From: Candidatus Saccharimonadia bacterium
Lineage (GTDB): Bacteria; Patescibacteriota; Saccharimonadia; CAILAD01; BJGX01
DNA length: 64,000 nucleotides
Assembly (NCBI GenBank): GCA_039738635.1
Contig: JBCLLN010000001.1
Location: 42,806-106,805 of the forward strand
Reading direction: 5' to 3'
Below the pieces are notes generated by a model. It saw only the letters and a program-made list of their open reading frames with translations, had not been told where the DNA came from and ran no database searches. This document shows positions 18,623-28,073 of this stretch, piece by piece. Position numbers and translations under genes: made by a program. Numbering within the stretch: the first letter of the stretch is position 1; every line of letters begins with the position of its first letter.

Positions 18623-19845
18623 AAAAAGTTACTCCAAAAACCACCACATCTATCAGGGCCTATGAAAAAGCCGTAGGTACAGACACTATGGCAGAGCTAG
18701 AACTTGCCAGTAAACCACTCCAAGGATTGCGTATCGCCGAAATTAACGCAACAGCAGTTGGGGGTGGGGTAGCAGAGCTTTTGAACGGCCAAATACCGCT
18801 CGCTCGAGCCCTAGGCGTACTTTCAGATTGGTATGTTCTACCCCCTGACGAGAAGTTTTTTAAAACCACCAAGGGTCTCCATAACTGTCTGCAAGGCCAG
18901 TGCGCCCTAGAGACTGTTTTAGATTTTGAGTATTATCAACAATACCACGACTCAATAGCTCATAGCATACCAGAAGCTGACCTGTATATACTGCACGACC
19001 CCCAAACCCTTGGCTTGGTGCCATTTCTCAAGGGCAAACCAGTTGTTTGGCGATGCCACATTGATTTGACCCAGGCCGACCCCACTAGCCTGGATTGGTT
19101 ACGTAAATACTACCCTTATTTTCAAAAGGTCATATTCTCGCTAGAAGCATATGTACATGGGCTCGAACATTCCAAGGTCTCTATTGTTCACCCTGCTATT
19201 GATCCATTGAGTGATAAGAATATTGAGCTTCTTGGTCCTCAACAGCATGTTGCACTAAAAAAACTCAAGATTGACATTAAAAAACCATATATTTTACAAG
19301 TTTCACGGTTTGATAAATTCAAAGACCCTCTTGGTGTTATCAGGATTTACGAACAGTTAAGGAGAAAAATACCCGATTTGCAATGTGTACTGGCTGGCAA
19401 TTACGCCACCGATGACCCAGAAGGGATTGAATACTATGCCATGTCACAAGCCAAAGCCCAGCAAGTGCAAGGTGGTGGCGTGCACTTTGTACTAGGCGCC
19501 ACGGATACGCAGATTAATGCCTTGCAACAGAATGCGGCAATTGTTATTCAAAACTCTACTCGTGAAGGCTTTGGCTTAACAGTCACTGAGGCATTATGGA
19601 AAAAGAAGATCGTTTTTAGCCATCCGGTTGGCGGTATTGCTCTGCAAGTTATTAACGACAGGACTGGCTATTATATAAGTGATGATACTACCCAAGCCAT
19701 TGGCATAATGAGTGATGTTATTGATCGCCCGCATATCTATGCCATGATAGGCCTGGCTGCCCACGAACATGTCAAAAGACAGTTTGTGCTCCCTGTGATG
19801 CTCAAAGATTACTTCAACACTTATTCTGAAGCTCTTAATTCTTAA
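18619..19845 (+). CDS. GT4 glycosyltransferase, trehalose synthase TreT-like
   Basis: GGGVAELL, HDPQ, WRCHID, QVSRFDKFKDP, REGFGLTVTEALWK. Confidence 0.88.
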   Translation: MKKVTPKTTTSIRAYEKAVGTDTMAELELASKPLQGLRIAEINATAVGGGVAELLNGQIPLARALGVLSDWYVLPPDEKFFKTTKGLHNCLQGQCALETVLDFEYYQQYHDSIAHSIPEADLYILHDPQTLGLVPFLKGKPVVWRCHIDLTQADPTSLDWLRKYYPYFQKVIFSLEAYVHGLEHSKVSIVHPAIDPLSDKNIELLGPQQHVALKKLKIDIKKPYILQVSRFDKFKDPLGVIRIYEQLRRKIPDLQCVLAGNYATDDPEGIEYYAMSQAKAQQVQGGGVHFVLGATDTQINALQQNAAIVIQNSTREGFGLTVTEALWKKKIVFSHPVGGIALQVINDRTGYYISDDTTQAIGIMSDVIDRPHIYAMIGLAAHEHVKRQFVLPVMLKDYFNTYSEALNS

Positions 19846-19850
19846 AGTAC

Positions 19851-19867
19851 CCAGGGTGTCTCCCTGG
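19851..19867 (-). repeat. REP-like palindrome family A, inverted copy
   Basis: ccagggtgtctccctgg. Confidence 0.8.
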
Positions 19868-19882
19868 AATAATAGTAGTAAT

Positions 19883-19932
19883 GTTCTAGACTAACACGCC
19901 CCAGCCAAGCTGGGCAATATTAACAAAGACCG
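19883..19932 (+). repeat. Imperfect repeat family D, copy 2
   Basis: gttctagac...cccagccaagctgggcaatattaacaaagaccg. Confidence 0.65.
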
Positions 19933-20009
19933 GGTTCTATGACCCGTTTTTTTATTTTTTACTATAACTTTGTGTTGTTATATACTAAGGTGTATCAAAC
20001 CAATACTAA

Positions 20010-21458
20010 ATGATAGCCTACACAAACTACTTACTTAAGAGATTTTATGAATCTAGCAATATTCGCTTGCACCGGTTTGCCCAAAAAACTATTTTTGGGC
20101 AAAGACAGAGTGAGATTACTGATAAGAATTTCATAGACTTAGAGTCAACTGGTATAAACGTTGTAGTGAATAAGAAAATACCCAAGCTTGCTTGGCTTTG
20201 TGAAATTACTAAAGACCAATATACATTTTTTATTGGTCACATGGTAGAACATTCCAATAATTATATCTTCGAAGGTGCCTGGAATGGATCATTTAAGCAA
20301 GCAGATTTTGACAGAACAGAGTTTGTATTTGGCTCTGGAGCTAGATTACGTAAAAACAAAATTATCTTTGTACCGCCCAAACATGGGCTAGAGAGTATTT
20401 TTGTTTTGTATGACAAAAAACTTGATAAATATTATGTTTCAAACACAATTTGTTTTGTTCTTGCTCAATCAGCACTAACTATAAATGATAAGTTTTATAA
20501 AAAAACTGCCAAAGTATTATATGAAACCGGTAGAGTTGCTACTGAGATTGGCGTAGATAGGTATAATCGCATATTAGTAGAAGACAAAAATTATAAATTG
20601 CTAAGAATGACATATTATAATTTTTCTGTTGGCAAAAGTGGAAATATTAAACTCTACAATACAGCTATAGGTAAGCATTTTGAGTCTTACGCTGAATATA
20701 AAAAATTACTTCTTTCTACAGCAAAAAAAGTCATGCAAAACGCGACCGACAAAACCAGAAAGACAAAATATACAGCCATATCCTCAATATCTAAGGGCTA
20801 TGATTCTGTTGCGGTAACATCACTAGTAACGAGTCTGGGCCTAAAATCTGCCTTGACTCTGAGTGGTACTGTCTATAACTACAATGATTCTGGTGAAGAG
20901 ATAGCGAAAAAGCTGGGTCTAAAAGCATTTACCTTTAGACACATGTTAGCAAAAAACATTAAGAACCTAAACACCGACTTTCATAAAAGAAAAAAGAAGC
21001 AAGCGCTTGAGTTTATAGCTACCGAAGGGTTGGGCGACGATGTTGGATTTTTGCCGTTCGAGCCCAAACTTGGTAACAAACTGTACTTTTCGGGTGCTTA
21101 TGGGGACATTGTTTGGGGAAAGAACAAAAAACTACTGCCTGGCTTTATTAAGCCAAAATCCTTTGCCAAAAGCCTAACTGAATTTAGACTAAGAGTCGGA
21201 TTTGTTCATATTCCGCTTATCGCAGTGGGGTCGCGTTATGCCGCGCCACTAGCAAAAATTTCTTTTGGTAAAGATATGAAGCCGTATTCTATTGGTGGAG
21301 ATTATGATAGGCCAATCCCGCGGAGAATTGCTGAGGAGGCGGGGGTTACTCGGGAATCTTTTGGCATACAAAAAAGTGCCTCTTCTCCTCTAATAACTAA
21401 CAGGGCTGATATATTTGACGAGAGCATTACTTGTATTACAAAAAGATATAAGATATAG
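20010..21458 (+). CDS. Hypothetical protein, possibly asparagine-synthase-like/PP-loop fold
   Basis: 482 aa; SISKGYDS resembles the PP-loop SGGxDS; SGAYGD and YDRPIPRRIAE. Confidence 0.5.
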   Translation: MIAYTNYLLKRFYESSNIRLHRFAQKTIFGQRQSEITDKNFIDLESTGINVVVNKKIPKLAWLCEITKDQYTFFIGHMVEHSNNYIFEGAWNGSFKQADFDRTEFVFGSGARLRKNKIIFVPPKHGLESIFVLYDKKLDKYYVSNTICFVLAQSALTINDKFYKKTAKVLYETGRVATEIGVDRYNRILVEDKNYKLLRMTYYNFSVGKSGNIKLYNTAIGKHFESYAEYKKLLLSTAKKVMQNATDKTRKTKYTAISSISKGYDSVAVTSLVTSLGLKSALTLSGTVYNYNDSGEEIAKKLGLKAFTFRHMLAKNIKNLNTDFHKRKKKQALEFIATEGLGDDVGFLPFEPKLGNKLYFSGAYGDIVWGKNKKLLPGFIKPKSFAKSLTEFRLRVGFVHIPLIAVGSRYAAPLAKISFGKDMKPYSIGGDYDRPIPRRIAEEAGVTRESFGIQKSASSPLITNRADIFDESITCITKRYKI

Positions 21459-21544
21459 CCCTTTTTGTAATGAATTAGCTTGACAGACCTATATAAAATA
21501 CATAACAATAGAGCATAAGCATTTATTGCTAATAAATATTTGGT

Positions 21545-22384
21545 ATGATTCATAAGAAAAAATCAACAATGGTTAAATCAGATAAGTTCTACAATAAAGA
21601 ACTGATTTTTACTCCTCCCAAATTATTTGATAAAAAAATGTTAGTTTTTGTTGTCTTGTTCGTGGCAATTGGCAGTTACCTTCTCTTTACTAGCTTTGCA
21701 GCAACCATTCCACTCAGCAGTTATTATCCTAACTCTACTAGATATAAAGCTGGTTATTACCTAGAAGGCAATAACTACGCCAATCCTCAAGCACCAAGTC
21801 GTTCAGTGCTTTGGTTCCAATCAACTGGAGGAGGCTCATTTAAGCAGTTTAACTCTGCACCTTATGAGCAATGCCACTGGGATTTACTGAACTGGACTAA
21901 GACCACTCTTATTTATACCAAGACTCACAACCAGTGCGGTACAAACAATAATGAGATCGTTTACTCACCTGGTGTTAGCTTTATGCCTAAAAGCTTGAAT
22001 AGCAGCCAAACTTGGTCTGTGAGCGGAACTTCGGCAGCAACCTACTATAACCAAGGCAAGATAGTATGTACTGGTACAAATACTTGGAATTCCAAGGTCC
22101 TTGGTTGGGTAGCGCTTACTCCCGCCCAACAAGCATTGCATATCCAGAATAACCAATCCACCTATTGGACATCCGGATCGGATCCATCAGGTTGCTCAAT
22201 GGGATCTACCACCAAATGGCAAGAAAACTTCTATCTTGTAGCTAGTCTACCAATTACAGGAACTACAAATTCGGACCTAGCCCTTAAACGACAAGTAGGA
22301 GGCAACGTTGATAGTTACAACGCAACTCATCGGTGGAGTTATGATGTTTGGTTTGATAGCTGGAATAAATTGCCTACAAAATAA
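21545..22384 (+). CDS. Secreted or surface hypothetical protein
   Basis: CPR-like signal/TM (FVAIGSYLLFTSFAA) then an S/T/N/W-rich beta domain with Cys pairs. Confidence 0.7.
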   Translation: MIHKKKSTMVKSDKFYNKELIFTPPKLFDKKMLVFVVLFVAIGSYLLFTSFAATIPLSSYYPNSTRYKAGYYLEGNNYANPQAPSRSVLWFQSTGGGSFKQFNSAPYEQCHWDLLNWTKTTLIYTKTHNQCGTNNNEIVYSPGVSFMPKSLNSSQTWSVSGTSAATYYNQGKIVCTGTNTWNSKVLGWVALTPAQQALHIQNNQSTYWTSGSDPSGCSMGSTTKWQENFYLVASLPITGTTNSDLALKRQVGGNVDSYNATHRWSYDVWFDSWNKLPTK

Positions 22385-22404
22385 ATGCGTATCGTATGGC
22401 TGGA

Positions 22405-22474
22405 CTGGAGGACTGTCCTCTAACAGATAGAGCTTATGTGATACTATTCATTCCAGGGAGACACCCTGGATTAA
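22405..22474 (+). repeat. 70-bp direct repeat copy 1 (family B + family A palindromes)
   Basis: 66/70 identical to 22806..22875; contains GGAGGACTGTCCTCT and CCAGGGAGACACCCTGG. Confidence 0.88.
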
Positions 22475-22497
22475 AGAAGCCGTCGAGGCTTCTTTTT
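22473..22497 (+). terminator. Putative intrinsic terminator
   Basis: aaagaagcc-gtcga-ggcttcttttt. Confidence 0.55.
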
Positions 22498-22514
22498 GCT
22501 ATAATAAATGCGTA

Positions 22515-22790
22515 ATGAATTTATTAGATATTCTAACTATACTTTCGTATATTGCCCTAAATATAGATATTGCCTTCCAGATGAGACAGGTTTATATAAG
22601 CAAGTCATCAAAAAACCTTTCTTTGGTTGGTCTAACCATCCGTTATATGGCAATTATCATTATCCTCATTAAGTTTATGACCCTAAGTGATTTACCACTT
22701 ATTATAGGGCAAGGGCTGATTCTGGTGACCTTTACGGCCTATTTTGCACTGGCTGTTTTTTACTTCACTAAACGAAACAACAAACATTAA
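22515..22790 (+). CDS. PQ-loop/SemiSWEET-like small membrane protein
   Basis: 91 aa, three TM helices, FQMRQVYISKSSKNLS pattern. Confidence 0.65.
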   Translation: MNLLDILTILSYIALNIDIAFQMRQVYISKSSKNLSLVGLTIRYMAIIIILIKFMTLSDLPLIIGQGLILVTFTAYFALAVFYFTKRNNKH

Positions 22791-22805
22791 AAAGTAGTTG
22801 CTTTC

Positions 22806-22875
22806 CTGGAGGATTGTCCTCTAATAGATAGAGTTTATGTGATACTATTCATTCCAGGGAGACACCCTCGATTAA
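22806..22875 (+). repeat. 70-bp direct repeat copy 2
   Basis: 66/70 identical to 22405..22474. Confidence 0.88.
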
Positions 22876-22896
22876 TCAATAAGAAAGGTTGTAATA

Positions 22897-23433
22897 ATGA
22901 AAAAAAAGATACTTTTTTTTGATGGTGATGGAACCCTATGGTATCCAACATCAACTAAGCGCACCGAAAAACCGCATTGGATATATCATAATCCACTTAC
23001 AAAAGATAATCATCTAGAACACCTTTCATTAACACCTGGAACACGAAAAACTCTTGCAGTGTTTAAGAAAAAAGGCATATATCTTGTCGTTGTGTCGGCA
23101 AATCCAAACCCCGAAGAACAGGCCGTGAAGGAGATTAAAGAACGCTTAGACTACTTTAAAATTAGTGATCTCTTTTATTCTTGTCGGGCTTCCGCCGGAG
23201 ATGATCCTAATGGAAAGGTCGCAATTATCCTTGATATAATAAAAAAACTCAACCTAACTAAAGAAGACGCCTTAATGGTTGGTGATAGTTACTTCTACGA
23301 CTATCTTGCCCCAAAAGAAGCTGGCATTGATGCATTATTCATTGAAAATGAAGTATCGAGAATGCCAGAAGAAATACCAACTAACCTACAAACCATAAAA
23401 GAGGTCTCGGACCTACTTGGTATATTAGAATAG
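22897..23433 (+). CDS. HAD-superfamily hydrolase
   Basis: FDGDGTLW motif I, VVS motif II, K, VGDSYFYD motif IV. Confidence 0.88.
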   Translation: MKKKILFFDGDGTLWYPTSTKRTEKPHWIYHNPLTKDNHLEHLSLTPGTRKTLAVFKKKGIYLVVVSANPNPEEQAVKEIKERLDYFKISDLFYSCRASAGDDPNGKVAIILDIIKKLNLTKEDALMVGDSYFYDYLAPKEAGIDALFIENEVSRMPEEIPTNLQTIKEVSDLLGILE

Positions 23434-23473
23434 CTCTCCCCTCCTAATATATATTTGATGATATAATTTATAT

Positions 23474-23830
23474 ATGCACAGATACCTAATGGTCTTAATA
23501 TTCGCTTTGTTTTTCTTTTTGGCATTTTTGGTATCTCCCGAGTTCAAGTACGACAGGGTCTGCGTGGACCAGAACAACCCTTTTAGCTGTGAAGACAAGT
23601 GGAAGATTGATTATAAAAAAGTTAGATTCATGGGTGGAGCAAGCATTATTAAATTCGCCATAACCGGTAAGCCAATCGGTACAAATGGGGATTATGTTCC
23701 AGTTGTAGGCATTACACTAGCTAGCTCTACTATCATGGCACTAATACTGTCTTTTGTGACAATTAGAATATTTAATAACATAAGGCATTCAAAGCACTCT
23801 GTTCAAAAAAATCACAAAAAAAAAGAGTAG
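23474..23830 (+). CDS. Hypothetical two-TM membrane protein
   Basis: 118-aa ORF, TATAAT just upstream of the ATG. Confidence 0.55.
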   Translation: MHRYLMVLIFALFFFLAFLVSPEFKYDRVCVDQNNPFSCEDKWKIDYKKVRFMGGASIIKFAITGKPIGTNGDYVPVVGITLASSTIMALILSFVTIRIFNNIRHSKHSVQKNHKKKE

Positions 23831-23961
23831 CGACACCTAGACGGTACATGACTGCCCGAGAACTTAATAACACTAATTGTGGTTTTAAGGTATAATCACT
23901 ACTCAAGGGCGTTATAGTTGGAGAGCCCGCTAATGCATAGTAATAGTATAAGGAGAATTAT

Positions 23962-25155
23962 ATGAATGAAATTGTATGCCCAAACTGTAAGAAAACATTT
24001 AAGCTAGATGGATCTGATTTTTCTAATATCCTCAAGCAGGTTCGTGACCATGAATTCAAAGAAGAGCTACAGGCGCGGGAGGCCCTTTTAAGACAAGAGG
24101 GTCTAAAAGACATAAAACTTGCCCAGGAACGAACAAAGAATGAATTGCAAGCTGAGCTAACAAAAAAAGACATCTTGCTGGCCGAATTAAATGCTAGAGT
24201 TAAATCGGCAGATACAGAAAAAACACTAGCCATTGCCGAGACAATCAATAGATCAGAAAAAGATCGCAACGAATTGCTGGTAGAATTAGCCACTAAAGAA
24301 AATGAGAAAAAACTGGTGGAAACAAACCTAAGGGATAAATACGAGGGCGAATTAAAACTAAAAGATGAGGCAATTGCCTATCATAAAGACTTTAAGGCCA
24401 GGCTTTCTACCAAGATGGTGGGCGAAACACTAGAACAGCACTGCGAGACAGAGTTTAATAAACTCCGCGCTACAGCCTTTGAGAATGCCTATTTTGAAAA
24501 AGATAACGACGCCAAGACTGGCAGTAAGGGCGACTACATCTATCGTGAAAATGATGGATCTGGAAATGAGATTATTTCTATTATGTTTGAGATGAAAAAC
24601 GAGACAGATACAACAGCAAGTAAGAAAAAAAATGAAGACTTTTTAAGAGAGCTAGACAAGGATCGTGCCGAGAAAAAGTGCGAATATGCTGTACTTGTTT
24701 CACTTTTAGAAGCCGACAGCGAGCTTTATAATACTGGCATTGTTGATGTATCGTACCGACAGACCAAAATGTATGTTATTCGCCCACAGTTCTTTATACC
24801 TATCATAACTCTACTGCGTAACGCCGCCCTAAATTCCATGAAGTATAAAGCTGAGCTGGCGCTGATGAAGAACCAAAATATTGATATCACCGACTTTGAA
24901 GACAATGTAGATCAGTTCAGGGAAGGGTTTGCTCGCAACTATGACCTGGCCAGCCGAAAGTTTAGGACCGCCATAGATGAGATAGATAAAACTATCGATC
25001 ACCTCCAAAAGACCAAGGATAATCTGTTGGCATCCGAGAATAACTTACGGCTCGCCAACGACAAGGCAGACGAGTTAACAATAAAAAAACTGACTCATAA
25101 CAACCCCACAATGACAGCCAAATTTGAGGAGCTTGAGGATAGTAAAGATAGCTAG
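23962..25155 (+). CDS. DUF2130 family coiled-coil protein
   Basis: N-terminal [49 protein letters not shown]; AAGGAG RBS. Confidence 0.85.
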   Translation: MNEIVCPNCKKTFKLDGSDFSNILKQVRDHEFKEELQAREALLRQEGLKDIKLAQERTKNELQAELTKKDILLAELNARVKSADTEKTLAIAETINRSEKDRNELLVELATKENEKKLVETNLRDKYEGELKLKDEAIAYHKDFKARLSTKMVGETLEQHCETEFNKLRATAFENAYFEKDNDAKTGSKGDYIYRENDGSGNEIISIMFEMKNETDTTASKKKNEDFLRELDKDRAEKKCEYAVLVSLLEADSELYNTGIVDVSYRQTKMYVIRPQFFIPIITLLRNAALNSMKYKAELALMKNQNIDITDFEDNVDQFREGFARNYDLASRKFRTAIDEIDKTIDHLQKTKDNLLASENNLRLANDKADELTIKKLTHNNPTMTAKFEELEDSKDS

Positions 25156-25293
25156 AGAACTAGCCAGCGTATAATTATCGAGCTTTTGCCCTACGCTTTA
25201 GGACCGAACCTCCTTACTACATTACCCTCCCTCTCTGCTAAAAATTTAGCAAAAGTGTTTTTGATTGCTTTGGGCGCGCTGTTTACTGCATCA

Positions 25294-25336
25294 GCATATT
25301 TGTAATTCTCTAACCTGGAAAAGGCCAGGCCTTTTT
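25294..25336 (+). repeat. 43-bp exact direct repeat, family C, copy 1
   Basis: gcatatttgtaattctctaacctggaaaaggccaggccttttt, identical at 26298..26340. Confidence 0.9.
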
Positions 25337-25374
25337 TGTAGTGCATTGGGTGTTTTTTTGGTAAAATTAAAGTA

Positions 25375-26166
25375 ATGAAATCCTTATTCCTCACAAATCA
25401 AGAGATGTCGGCCGTTTACGAACAGAGAGAGCACGATGGGTTGAGCAATGAGCTCTATACCCTTAATCTCAATTCCGCATCAAGCCGGTTCATCTTTTGT
25501 GGGAGCCGACATACAAATATCCCAGAAGATAAACAGTTTGGAGAAATAGAAGCACTGTGGGCTGAGTTCACTTCCCTACCGGGCAACAAAGTTGCGTTCT
25601 GCGAAGGTAGGGTTCGGCCAATAGATGGCAAATCTCGTGAACAAGCAATCATCACAGGTGGTGACCCTGGTTTAATTTGTTATCTAGCAAAACGAGATGG
25701 CATCGAACTCATATCGCCTGAACCAGACATGAATCTTGAGGTCCGCAAGCTAGTTGCAGCATTTGGCCCAGAGAAAACCGCCCTCTACTACTTCGACCGC
25801 CAGATGTACCAATGGGCTCGGGCAGACTTTCGGCATCGTGGAAATGTCCAAGAATATATCCTAGGCTTTATCAAACAGTTTCCAACAGCAGAATTACAAG
25901 GTCTTAAGCTAACTCCAAATGTACTCTACAATATTTTTCAAAAGGAGACGGGCAAGGCGTTTTCGTTTATTGAAATACAAACTATCCATAACCTCTTGGC
26001 TCCGAATAGCAATGAGGTTGCGTCAATGTCGAGCCTACACCGCAATGAGAGCATCTTTGATACGGTCAAAAGCTATAAAGGTAATGGTTACAATATCTTT
26101 ATAGTCTACGGCTCGGGCCACGCTATCGTGCTGGAGCCAGCACTGAGAGAGTTATACGCAAAATGA
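25375..26166 (+). CDS. Hypothetical protein
   Basis: 263-aa ORF; GSRH, CEG, RNE...VYGSGH pattern reminiscent of TraB/ChaN-like folds. Confidence 0.65.
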   Translation: MKSLFLTNQEMSAVYEQREHDGLSNELYTLNLNSASSRFIFCGSRHTNIPEDKQFGEIEALWAEFTSLPGNKVAFCEGRVRPIDGKSREQAIITGGDPGLICYLAKRDGIELISPEPDMNLEVRKLVAAFGPEKTALYYFDRQMYQWARADFRHRGNVQEYILGFIKQFPTAELQGLKLTPNVLYNIFQKETGKAFSFIEIQTIHNLLAPNSNEVASMSSLHRNESIFDTVKSYKGNGYNIFIVYGSGHAIVLEPALRELYAK

Positions 26167-26233
26167 CACCAGCAGGCCGGCTCAGCGTTGGGGGCGAACC
26201 TATTGGTGACATTACCCTCCCGAAACATTACCG

Positions 26234-26293
26234 CGTAACCTCAATAACTAATAGTTATTCTGATGAGTCCTAATGTGAGGACGAAAGGTTACG
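26234..26293 (+). ncRNA. Type III hammerhead ribozyme (predicted cleavage 3' of C26242, CUC triplet)
   Basis: Stem III cgtaacc/ggttacg, UC, stem I aataac/gttatt, core CUGAUGA, stem II gtcc/ggac, GAAA; loop 1 starts with U and loop 2 ends in UGA. Confidence 0.92.
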
Positions 26294-26297
26294 GGGC

Positions 26298-26340
26298 GCA
26301 TATTTGTAATTCTCTAACCTGGAAAAGGCCAGGCCTTTTT
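26298..26340 (+). repeat. 43-bp exact direct repeat, family C, copy 2
   Basis: Identical to 25294..25336. Confidence 0.9.
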
Positions 26341-26419
26341 GCTTGGATTTGCAAACCATTGTCTTATATTGAATAAAGCCGTACAATGTCCTTAAGTTCC
26401 TTGACTTTAGGGAGGTAAA

Positions 26420-26899
26420 ATGAGTCCAATCGTCGCCGATAGGGTACGCTTTGTGGTGCGACATCTGCGCGACTTCATTAACACCTGTGGCTATCCGCAA
26501 ACGGAAGCCAGTTTTGACTCTGGTCGTGTTCACTATCACCAAATCACCAACGCTCCAAAGTTCACTGACGGAAATGACGAGCTCTCAGTTCATAAATTGC
26601 GGGTTTTTCATCCTTCTTCATTGAAAGCAAAGAAGGTTGTGGCACAGCTTCAATCAAACATGGGCCACATTGGCAGTTATGAAGTTAGCAGTTATGAAGT
26701 TCGTCTGGTGGTATATGAGCTGCAAATTGACGGAGTGATAACAAAATTTGAGGGTAACGACCAAGAATTTAGTACCGATCGCGTAACATTTTTTGGTTTA
26801 GGCCAAATAATCGAACGGGTCGATCTCGTGGTAGAACATGCCTTTACGGCTACAAGATTAGAGCAAATGCACTTTCCGCCAATTCGGCAACCAACATAA
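26420..26899 (+). CDS. Hypothetical protein
   Basis: 159 aa with a strong GGAGGT RBS. Confidence 0.6.
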   Translation: MSPIVADRVRFVVRHLRDFINTCGYPQTEASFDSGRVHYHQITNAPKFTDGNDELSVHKLRVFHPSSLKAKKVVAQLQSNMGHIGSYEVSSYEVRLVVYELQIDGVITKFEGNDQEFSTDRVTFFGLGQIIERVDLVVEHAFTATRLEQMHFPPIRQPT

Positions 26900-27187
26900 T
26901 CGGGTTATATCAAAAGTATGACCCGATTTTTATTTTACTGGACTTACGCAAAGCTCCCTCATCCCCAGACCAAATATGACCGGTTATACCATGAGCCTGT
27001 CGAATGGCTACAAACTGTTTTTCTTCTATCGACGTATCTACGGATACTTCTCCTTCAGATAAAACAGTTTTCACTCGACCAGATTTACCCTGGGAACGAG
27101 CGATTTTGCATAAGTCCAGTATTAAAAAGGGTGCCTGCAAGGTGAACATAAAGTCCACCCTGCAGGCACTAAGTTCCCTGGCAGGTT

Positions 27188-27559
27188 TTATCCCACCAAG
27201 AATTGTAGATGATACGGATCGGCCAAGATATCGGCTGCGTCCTGGTTGGTCCAGGTAGCGACCCCAACATGGTTGAGGTCAGCTGGAAGGCATGGGCCAT
27301 CATGAACCATGGCGTCGACATGAAGCCCAGCGAACGCGCCGTGGTCGGTATCGGTGCCTACCACGAGCACGACGAGCTCACAATCGGGTGCTGTATCAAA
27401 CTTGATGACGGCGTCGACATGTCCGACACAGGTACTGACACAGCCAAGCCGTGTATGACGAAGCGCATTGCCCAACTCATTAACTATTGGACGAAGCGCC
27501 ACATTTGCTACGGTTGATCGCTGAATTCTTGAACTTCTACTATGCACTCTCACCTCCAA
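27188..27559 (-). CDS. Hypothetical protein (GC-richer orphan)
   Basis: 123-aa ORF with upstream TTGACA/TATAAT-like elements; exact start uncertain. Confidence 0.5.
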   Translation of the reverse strand: MEVRVHSRSSRIQRSTVANVALRPIVNELGNALRHTRLGCVSTCVGHVDAVIKFDTAPDCELVVLVVGTDTDHGAFAGLHVDAMVHDGPCLPADLNHVGVATWTNQDAADILADPYHLQFLVG

Positions 27560-27683
27560 TGAGTACCCACTTCGGTGTGCAATGTGCCTGCTGCTACGAG
27601 CTCCTGACTCTTAGTAAGAAACTACTCTTTATTATTATACTTACGTTTAAATTGTCAAGGTGTTTTTCGGGATAAAAAAGAGC

Positions 27684-27715
27684 AGGGCCTGTTCGCATAA
27701 ATGCGAACAGGCCCT
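27684..27715 (-). terminator. Hairpin terminator of 27730..27972
   Basis: agggcctgttcgcat-aa-atgcgaacaggccct. Confidence 0.6.
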
Positions 27716-27729
27716 TTAATGCTTTGTAT

Positions 27730-27972
27730 CTACCTGCGAGGCTTGTTCTGGACTGGGTGCCGACTGCCCCATGAGCTGATGGCGAGCAGTGGAAAAATAG
27801 CAGATCCTCCGACGAGGGCTGCAAAAACGACGTAATTGGGATTGTGACCCAAGTAGAGGTTCGTCAGCCAAACACCGAGAAGAACCCAACAGACCACAGC
27901 GTACAAGATGTACGTGCCCTCGAATATCTTGCTGGTAATTTGCTTTGACGCTTGTCTCGCATCTCTGCTCAA
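27730..27972 (-). CDS. Small two-TM hypothetical protein
   Basis: 80 aa, RBS-like GGAAGGT and its own promoter. Confidence 0.55.
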   Translation of the reverse strand: MSRDARQASKQITSKIFEGTYILYAVVCWVLLGVWLTNLYLGHNPNYVVFAALVGGSAIFPLLAISSWGSRHPVQNKPRR

Positions 27973-28044
27973 TCTATTACCTTCCTCTGATAGGACAACG
28001 AAAAGATGCCTTGATAAGCACTTTTCTAGATACAGAACAGAATT

Positions 28045-28073
28045 ATTATATCTGGATTTACTGTTTTCGTCAA
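28045..28073 (-). promoter_or_regulatory. Sigma70 promoter
   Basis: Minus strand TTGACG-N17-TATAAT. Confidence 0.65.

Noticed and set aside
22405-22875. CRISPR array or integron attC sites
   Set aside because: Only two long copies with a gene between them, no regular spacers or cas genes, no clear RYYYAAC/GTTRRRY ends and no intI
25191-25394. Minus-strand ORFs sharing KGLAFSRLENYKYA (also 26270..26542)
   Set aside because: The shared peptide is only the translation of the 43-bp non-coding repeat
26168-26232. HDV-like ribozyme starting at ggccggc
   Set aside because: I could not assemble the nested double pseudoknot on either strand
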